Assembly (NCBI GenBank): GCA_036918135.1 | Contig: JBALDB010000009.1 | Span: 1-64,000 of the forward strand | DNA length: 64,000 nt | Reading direction: 5' to 3' | From: Nostoc sp. | Lineage (GTDB): Bacteria; Cyanobacteriota; Cyanobacteriia; Cyanobacteriales; Nostocaceae | Part shown: positions 57,538 through 64,000 of the stretch, in pieces | Position numbering within the stretch: position 1 is the stretch's first letter | Layout of the letters: each line of letters begins with the position of its first letter | Made by a program: the position numbers and the translations under genes | The notes under the pieces: generated by a model | What the model saw: the letters and a program-made list of their open reading frames with translations, nothing else | What the model was told of the DNA's origin: nothing | Databases searched by the model: none

Positions 57538-57758
57538 AAATACCAAACTTAGTCGTGTATTTACTAATAGTTTTTTATTTCATCCAAACAATGATAGTGG
57601 GTGCATTTTGTTGCCTAATATTCTTCCCGCAACTTGGATTGAATTATCAAATTACTCAAAGGGTAATTTACCAAGAGCTAACAATTGTCCGTAAAGACAT
57701 TTACATTGTACCAGCTATACCTGATAGGCAAGAAAAACGCGATCGCTTAAATGCCTAA
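57534..57758 (+). CDS. small membrane protein
   Basis: hydrophobic N-half; ATGA overlap. Confidence 0.5.
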   Translation: MKIPNLVVYLLIVFYFIQTMIVGAFCCLIFFPQLGLNYQITQRVIYQELTIVRKDIYIVPAIPDRQEKRDRLNA

Positions 57759-58042
57759 TTATAATAACCAGCTTCTACAATACTTTTATATTGCCGAACG
57801 GGCATCGGAATATTGCGAACCCAAAAGCCAAAGTCACCTTTGGAGGCATGTAAAACTGAGTGTAGGTAGTAGTAAATTTCTCGATTAGTAACTTTATCTA
57901 TGAGACGGCAGCGCCTACCCCAAGTAGCAGAGCTGACAACTTCTGGACTAAGCAAAATAAGTTTACCTTCAACGACTTTTACAAAGTTTTCAGAACTAAG
58001 TATGATTGTTAAAAAGTATTGATTATCAGCAATTATTTCCAC
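57755..58042 (-). CDS. hypothetical protein
   Basis: 95 aa ORF. Confidence 0.45.
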   Translation of the reverse strand: MEIIADNQYFLTIILSSENFVKVVEGKLILLSPEVVSSATWGRRCRLIDKVTNREIYYYLHSVLHASKGDFGFWVRNIPMPVRQYKSIVEAGYYN

Positions 58043-58161
58043 AGTTTATTTAACGATCGCGTCCAATACGATTCATAAAATCAATACATTCTTGTTGCAG
58101 CGCTTCTATTCTAAAATTGCAGTGTTCTTGTTCAAGATGGACACAAGAACACTGTTTGATT

Positions 58162-60648
58162 TCAATTAGCTTCTAGCCTTTCTGGATGTCTTTTATTCCA
58201 AATATCTAAAGTCACTTTCATCAAGGCATCTAGATGCTCGTCAGTTAAAGGATTAGTTCTATCTTCACAAGCCCATTTGACAACCGATGTTAATTCCTTT
58301 GGCGAGAGATACCGTATACCCTTGGCTATTTCCGCTGCTACGCTTGCTGAAGATTCACCAGTACTACTTGAGGAAGAGATACTCTCTGGTGACTCCGAGC
58401 GTAACTGAATAACGTTACTTGCACGCGACTCATCATTAGATGTTTGTAAGCTAAAACCGGGTAAGTCAGCGTTTGGGTCGAAGCCTTCGTTTCGCTCTTT
58501 TTCTTCTAAAAGCCCGCCATCACGAGTTTTACCCAATCCATATTGGCTGGCAGGATTTTGTGAGTTTTTCATTTGTTCAATTTTCAACCTGGCAGCTTCC
58601 GGATCTGCTGGTAGCAGATCGGATAAATACATATTATCGCTTTGCTTGCCTTCGCTTTCCTCATCAAATTGAATTACGGCAATGGATTTTTCTAAAGAAG
58701 TCACCGTTCCCAAAGCCCCAACGTGATGCGAAGCTCTAGTAGATACTTTTATTCTTTCTCCAAGGATGGGCTTCCACGTTTGTGGTCTTTGTTTTACCTC
58801 TGCATCCTGAATAAGCCAAGAGGCCGCTGTATATGCCGCATGAACCGATTTATTGTTTAACAATTGACGCAGCGTACAGGCATTTTCAGGTTCGGACTCC
58901 TGTAATGATTCGATAACACTCAGTACTTTATCAGCTTTTTGAAAGTTTTTGCCACTTCCTAAGCCAACACGAGTGGCCACAATATCTCTGACTTGTCCTC
59001 TGTCCGCTCCAGGAAAATTTTCCTGGTTTTCTAAAGCAGACCCTTTTCTTGATTTAGCTTTCTCGGATTCTATAGGTAGCCAGAATCTCGCCTCTTTGAC
59101 TTTTTGTTCGACTGTTTTCTCCCGGACGGCGTTATCCAACAGAAGGGCTTCTAGAACAGCCTCCTCATCAGGAAACTCCCGTACCTCCACCATCAGGCGT
59201 TGAATGTTCTTTTTCTTGGCTGTCCTTAGTCGCCGATTACCGCCGACTACATCCCCGTTGGGAGCGACCAACAACGGTTTAATCCAACCACTGCTTTCAA
59301 TCATTTCTTCAAGAGCAGTATCGTCCTCTTCTTCCCCATATATCCGGGAATTGATGGGGTGCGATCGCAAAGCGCAAACAGAGATTTCCTGAAAACCTAA
59401 TGTTAATAAGGGCTTCATCTCTTGGATGTCTTCATCTGCCAGTTGCTCGGTACGATCCGGATTTGCATCTACAACATTTTCCTCGCTGGTACTCTCCTCA
59501 ACATGGTGGAGGTATTCAAATAAGGGGAGTAACTTTTCTAAGGTGAAGCCGCTTTGTTCTGTTACAGTCCCGTTATCCCATATCACGGTCGCTTGCAGGA
59601 AGCCATCGGTAAAAGCATATTCAGTAATGCTGCCGAACTTGTCGCCTTTACTCACGCGATCGCCACGTGCTGGACACAAAGCCAATGCCTCTTCTTCGGT
59701 TTGGCAAGCGGGAGCAATCAGCCAGCCATCTGTAACTTCAAGGTTCAAGCCTTGGTTTGTAGCATATTTACGAGCATCAGCTATTAAATATTCTGCAATT
59801 TCAAACTGTGTAGCTGTTGCCGCCTGCACAAGTATATTTAATAACTTATCGACAGCAAGTGCGTTGATTTTCCTTGCAGCAATTGGCGGTTCTATTGACA
59901 CCGATAATTGCTGCAAATACTCCAAAGATGAAAACGAATCAGCTTGATTTTCTGGTTGTCTAAGCCTTTGTTTTAGAGCTTCGATGCTCTGTTTGTTTTC
60001 AGGATAATGCTGTCTAATCCACTGGAGAGCTAGAACTAAAGTATTTTTATTGGCTCTAGCTAAAGATGCTTTGATATTAATCTCGGTATCAACATCATTA
60101 ATTCCTGTGCTAGCACCAATAAGCCAGTCAAAATCCCATCGGTCAAAATCCTTAGCCAAATACCAGTCACTAGGAGAAATAAGAGAGTCATCGCTTACTT
60201 TTATCCAACCACGAGCTTGTAATTGACTGATTTTCTCTAGTCGGCGTCCATCAGTTTTCTCGTTCTTTTTCTTGGCAACCCAAACAATATCACCGACTTT
60301 AACAATTCCAGAATTAGCAACTTCATCTAACTCTAATAATCGTGGTTGTTCGGGAACTGGTATAGCTTTGCTCCAGGAAACAAAAACTGTTGGTTGATTT
60401 CCCTGATTTTTTTCGGTGACCTGACCAAGAAAATCTGAGTTTCGTTTGCTTACCCAATGTCCAACTGTCAGCTTTTCAAATGCCTCTAGATTAGCTATGC
60501 GATCGCCCAAAGAGCTTAGCTGTTTGTCTAAAGACTGTTTATCTTCAACAGAAAGGTTAACACTCGCTAAGGCTTTAGTTAACTCTTCTTTTTTGTTTTG
60601 CAAAACTTCTAAATCAGCAACCATTTTATTCTCCTTAATTAGTAACAT
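58162..60648 (-). CDS. large ParB/Srx domain protein with KOW/SH3-like modules
   Basis: HPINSRIYG, VVGGNRRL, RDIVATRVGLGSGKNF; carries the palindrome internally. Confidence 0.8.
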   Translation of the reverse strand: MLLIKENKMVADLEVLQNKKEELTKALASVNLSVEDKQSLDKQLSSLGDRIANLEAFEKLTVGHWVSKRNSDFLGQVTEKNQGNQPTVFVSWSKAIPVPEQPRLLELDEVANSGIVKVGDIVWVAKKKNEKTDGRRLEKISQLQARGWIKVSDDSLISPSDWYLAKDFDRWDFDWLIGASTGINDVDTEINIKASLARANKNTLVLALQWIRQHYPENKQSIEALKQRLRQPENQADSFSSLEYLQQLSVSIEPPIAARKINALAVDKLLNILVQAATATQFEIAEYLIADARKYATNQGLNLEVTDGWLIAPACQTEEEALALCPARGDRVSKGDKFGSITEYAFTDGFLQATVIWDNGTVTEQSGFTLEKLLPLFEYLHHVEESTSEENVVDANPDRTEQLADEDIQEMKPLLTLGFQEISVCALRSHPINSRIYGEEEDDTALEEMIESSGWIKPLLVAPNGDVVGGNRRLRTAKKKNIQRLMVEVREFPDEEAVLEALLLDNAVREKTVEQKVKEARFWLPIESEKAKSRKGSALENQENFPGADRGQVRDIVATRVGLGSGKNFQKADKVLSVIESLQESEPENACTLRQLLNNKSVHAAYTAASWLIQDAEVKQRPQTWKPILGERIKVSTRASHHVGALGTVTSLEKSIAVIQFDEESEGKQSDNMYLSDLLPADPEAARLKIEQMKNSQNPASQYGLGKTRDGGLLEEKERNEGFDPNADLPGFSLQTSNDESRASNVIQLRSESPESISSSSSTGESSASVAAEIAKGIRYLSPKELTSVVKWACEDRTNPLTDEHLDALMKVTLDIWNKRHPERLEAN
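59010..59025. repeat. palindrome CAGGAAAATTTTCCTG copy 8 (inside the ParB gene)
   Basis: exact 16-mer, read as QENFPG in the protein. Confidence 0.8.
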
Positions 60649-61054
60649 GGGTAACAGTTAAAAACATGAAACTGTTATTTGACAGTTAACAATTGGTTTG
60701 TTTTATTGAAAACATGGCGTCAGTAAGTAAGACGTTTTTTATATAACCAATATAAAATTACAGTCCTTGCAAACTGGCTATTTATAAGGACTTTTCAAAT
60801 TAAATAGCGAGTATATGTGTTGCAAAAAATGCAAGCCTAAAACAACACTTTGTACTTTTTGTAGCGTGAAAAAGATAGTGTATCTATCTAAGTAATTTTG
60901 TGCCATAATAGAGAGCGAAACACAAAAAAGAGGTGTTTGTGGCAAACACTTGTGGCAAATATTTCTTTTGAAAGTTTTGGTATCAAAGATTGATACTCAA
61001 AATCTATAAAATGCACTATTTCGTCTTGGCAGATGGGTAGTGCGTTAGCTTTTC

Positions 61055-61089
61055 AAAAAAGTAGTCTGTTCGTAGCAGGCTACTTTTTT
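61055..61089. terminator. bidirectional terminator-like hairpin
   Basis: AAAAAAGTAGTCTG...CAGGCTACTTTTTT. Confidence 0.6.
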
Positions 61090-61191
61090 CATGTAGATGC
61101 TGGATTGAAAGTACAAGCAGAATATTTAACTTTTTATTCTCCAAAGAACATAAAATAAAATGAATTACAGAACTTTAAAGTAAGTTCAAAA

Positions 61192-61563
61192 TCATGCTGC
61201 CAATGCCTCAGCTGCTTGATTCAGGCGTTCTTTTAGTAATTCAAGGTCTTGTTTTATTTGTAGTTTGTAATACTCCAAATATTTCTTTAAACATTTATGA
61301 ACTACCGTACTTTTAGTAAGTCCAGTTCTTGTCACCGCTTCCTGTAAAATATGTTTTGTGTGTTCATCGTATATATATAGTGTCGTTGCTTTAGTGCGCC
61401 CCTCCTTACAATTTCTTCGCTCTGATTGAAGGGAGTTAGCGAATTCTCTAATTGCCCTCCTTGCTATTTCTTCGATACTGAACCCCATTGCTGTAGCTGC
61501 AATTACAGCAGTACTCATCGTTATTGGGTCAGTGTTGTAACTTATAGACTCTTTGGATTTCAT
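61192..61563 (-). CDS. putative ribbon-helix-helix regulator
   Basis: TTLYI...LQEAVTRTGLTKSTVVHKCL. Confidence 0.55.
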   Translation of the reverse strand: MKSKESISYNTDPITMSTAVIAATAMGFSIEEIARRAIREFANSLQSERRNCKEGRTKATTLYIYDEHTKHILQEAVTRTGLTKSTVVHKCLKKYLEYYKLQIKQDLELLKERLNQAAEALAA

Positions 61564-61649
61564 TGGATTTCATAATATCCAATTGCAACTTATAAGAGAC
61601 ATGCTAGCACTGTATTTTGTAAGTTGCAAGGTTGCCTTGACTCGTTCCA

Positions 61650-62147
61650 GTGACAAACTTTTCACTAGAGCGTATGGGCAATTTATACACGAGGACTGGA
61701 TTAGAAAAATTAGCGCAAATAGTCAAAGCGGCGCGAGGTAGCGACTCTGTGCGAACTTTCGCTAAAAAGGCGGACATTAGCCACAGAACGGTTACGCGAT
61801 TGGAGGAAGCAGATCTTAAAGAGCCAGAGATCACAACATTACAAAAGATTGCCCCTTTAACTGGCTATTCAAAAGAAGAATTAATAGCCATATTGGAATC
61901 GAAGCCGCTTAGCCCGCAGGTACGAGAGTATCGAACAGCCGAGGACGTGATACCAATAGTTAATCAGCTACCCGATCAACAAGCGGCAAGGGTAGCGCAA
62001 CACATTATTGCTCGTTTAGCTCACCCCAAAGTGTCATTGAATGAGATTCCGGGCGAAGGAGTCTCGCTGCACATGGAATTGATGAGTCAGCGGCAGGTAG
62101 CCGATTTGCTCAGGGCGATCGCCGAGCGAATAGATATTGAGGAGTAG
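61650..62147 (+). CDS. XRE-family HTH repressor
   Basis: SVRTFAKKADISHRTVTRLE...PEITTLQKIA. Confidence 0.8.
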   Translation: MTNFSLERMGNLYTRTGLEKLAQIVKAARGSDSVRTFAKKADISHRTVTRLEEADLKEPEITTLQKIAPLTGYSKEELIAILESKPLSPQVREYRTAEDVIPIVNQLPDQQAARVAQHIIARLAHPKVSLNEIPGEGVSLHMELMSQRQVADLLRAIAERIDIEE

Positions 62148-62219
62148 GCTGCAAAATTTGTTACGTTGTTAAATCTATTTTTGCAATGACGTAGTTTCAA
62201 GTTTTTTGCTGATGCCTTT

Positions 62220-62266
62220 GAGGTCTGCAAAACCTTTATCCCCCGGTTCAAATCCGGGTGTCGCCT
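62220..62266 (+). pseudogene. 3' fragment of tRNA-Cys(GCA), probable attR
   Basis: GAGGT-CTGCAAA-ACCTT anticodon arm, CCCGG-TTCAAAT-CCGGG T arm, 3' acceptor strand; 5' acceptor and D arm absent. Confidence 0.8.
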
Positions 62267-62422
62267 TCAAATTAAAGTATAGCAAAATACCCGTGTTAAA
62301 CTGATTCATTTCCCATTTATGTAACACCGAAAAAAGATGTATGGCAATCCTAAATTAATCATGAGAAAATACTATATACATGCATCTTCGGAAAATTAAA
62401 TTTTTGGCAATTAACTGAGAAT

Positions 62423-63904
62423 TCAAAGTAGTTCCAGTGTGCTAAATAACTTGGGCAAGTCTTTTTGAGAGACTTTACGTATACCCGTTTCGACTGCATC
62501 AACCCAGGAAACGCTTTTCCCCATCGTTGTAGCGAAAAATGCCCTAGACCAACCTTTTGCTTTTCTAGCTTCTCTGATCGCATTACCTGATATATGCTGA
62601 ATATTGTTTGAACTTAGCTGCTTGGAGTCCACAGTTAAGCGTTCTTGTACTTCTGCTGATAGATGAAAACGCCATCTAGAATTTAGTATCTCACTCCAAT
62701 AACCTATAGGTCTTTTAGTGCTTTTACTGCTTGCTAACCAAGCTGGACCTGTCTCAAGTTCTGCATCCCATTCGGCTTCTTTAACAACTTTCAGGTCAGT
62801 TTCAAAATCATCAGCCATTTGCCGTCTGAGTTGTCTGTCTTGCTCTGCTGTTGACACTTTATCTGCGCCGTAAGCAATCTCCATTAGAGTCTTGCCCATT
62901 ACACAATCTTGAAATTCCGATTGCATTTGGAAGGTTAGCCAGACTAATATTCTAGCTGCACCAGCATTTTGTTTACCAATGCTAAACAGTTTTTGTACAG
63001 TTTTCTTAGTAATAATTCCAGTGTGGTAGTAGCATTTAGATTTGTTGAGAAAGTATTTTGTCCAGACTCCAGGTTGACCTATTACCTTTAAACCTACTAG
63101 CTTGCTATTGCCTGCTTTATCTGTTTCAAAATCTCGTATTATACTAATGTCCCAAATCTTTAAATCAGCAACGGTAAAAGCTCCTACTTTCCCCTGTTTA
63201 TGCCATGCAATACAGGCTAGTACCTGAGCGGGTTGCCGTAATAAGTGGTACAAAATAGTCAATTTTTCATGCTTGCATAAGTCTCTGCGTTTGACAAGCC
63301 CAGTGTATTCAAGTAGTTGCCTGTCATCTATAATAAAATTTCCTGACCAAGGTTTTTCTAAGCTGGCTACTAAGGCACAATAAATTAGGTGAATAGCACA
63401 CGCCCTTGGGTCAAATCGCTCTATAACAGCTAAAGCCGCCTCTTCAGCCAAAGTTTCTGGTTGTGGGGTTTCGGGATTATCTGTCACATAGTAAAAGATT
63501 TTTCCTTTTCCCTTTTCAACTTCTTTTTCGTAGCTGAAAGTATTACTTTTTTCAGCTTTCCATGACAGATTCATTTTTTGAGATAAGACTTCAGCAACTC
63601 CATGCAAAACTAGCGACAACGCAGCAACACTAGTCTTACCATCAGGAAACAAGGAAGCTTTTTTAAATTGTCGAGGTTTTGCTGGATGCTGTTGGTCATT
63701 TAAGAATAACTTCTGAGCATCTTTCTTAACTCTGCCTTGAAGAGGAACTTGTTTTTCTAATTGAGTAGTCGAGTCTTCTAGAAAATTTTTACCAAGAGTA
63801 GCATTAGTTCCATTTGGATTTGAATTACAGTCAATAGTAATTCTTGGTATCTGCTGAAATAAATGCAGAAGTTTACTATATAATATTTTTGCTAACTGTT
63901 TCAT
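62423..63904 (-). CDS. protein with C-terminal XRE HTH
   Basis: IREARKAKGWSRAFFATTMGKSVSWVDAVETG. Confidence 0.8.
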   Translation of the reverse strand: MKQLAKILYSKLLHLFQQIPRITIDCNSNPNGTNATLGKNFLEDSTTQLEKQVPLQGRVKKDAQKLFLNDQQHPAKPRQFKKASLFPDGKTSVAALSLVLHGVAEVLSQKMNLSWKAEKSNTFSYEKEVEKGKGKIFYYVTDNPETPQPETLAEEAALAVIERFDPRACAIHLIYCALVASLEKPWSGNFIIDDRQLLEYTGLVKRRDLCKHEKLTILYHLLRQPAQVLACIAWHKQGKVGAFTVADLKIWDISIIRDFETDKAGNSKLVGLKVIGQPGVWTKYFLNKSKCYYHTGIITKKTVQKLFSIGKQNAGAARILVWLTFQMQSEFQDCVMGKTLMEIAYGADKVSTAEQDRQLRRQMADDFETDLKVVKEAEWDAELETGPAWLASSKSTKRPIGYWSEILNSRWRFHLSAEVQERLTVDSKQLSSNNIQHISGNAIREARKAKGWSRAFFATTMGKSVSWVDAVETGIRKVSQKDLPKLFSTLELL

Positions 63905-64000
63905 TTCTCTACAAATACGCTGGATATGTAGGTAATTACTAATTCGTAATTCGTGAGGCAGTCTGCATAAGAGGTGGTCTCCCCTATTATATAGGAACTG

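Larger units (their letters stand above)
1..62266. mobile_element. Integrated prophage / phage-plasmid-like element (left end outside window)
   Basis: Terminase, tail-like, ParB, PRTRC, dnaN genes and many small hypotheticals, ending at a 3' tRNA-Cys fragment; no integrase in window. Confidence 0.65.

Noticed and set aside
62190..62270. Functional tRNA-Cys
   Set aside because: 5' acceptor strand and D arm are missing
1..64000. Frequent GCGATCGC
   Set aside because: Ordinary cyanobacterial HIP1; only the periodic copies with conserved flanks at 6.9-7.5 kb were kept

Overview
Cyanobacterial DNA (abundant HIP1 octamer GCGATCGC). Positions 1 to ~62.27 kb look like the right-hand part of a large integrated phage/plasmid-like element, ending at a duplicated 3' half of tRNA-Cys (att-like). 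It carries a GpA-type terminase, tail-like genes, five ParB-domain proteins, dnaN, an SF2 helicase, a PRTRC ubiquitin-like (E1-E2-JAB-Ubl) cassette and a helicase-DUF2290 defence pair. It also has a terminase-linked cluster of three Asn-synthase-like amide ligases, a ParB-methyltransferase, a ferritin-like protein and a Gly-rich peptide, with a CmoA-like gene nearby. The most striking structure is a TnpB/C2c8-like nuclease with intact RuvC motifs. It is accompanied by a degenerate CRISPR-like array and by three covarying copies of an omegaRNA-like scaffold, one inserted in frame inside the gene. Two scaffolds and the array repeats share the 3' terminus GAYYGCAAG, suggesting a TnpB-to-Cas12 intermediate. 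Also seen: a parS-like palindrome (8 copies) and a 4-copy promoter/operator module. All protein calls are by-eye motif recognition; no searches were run.
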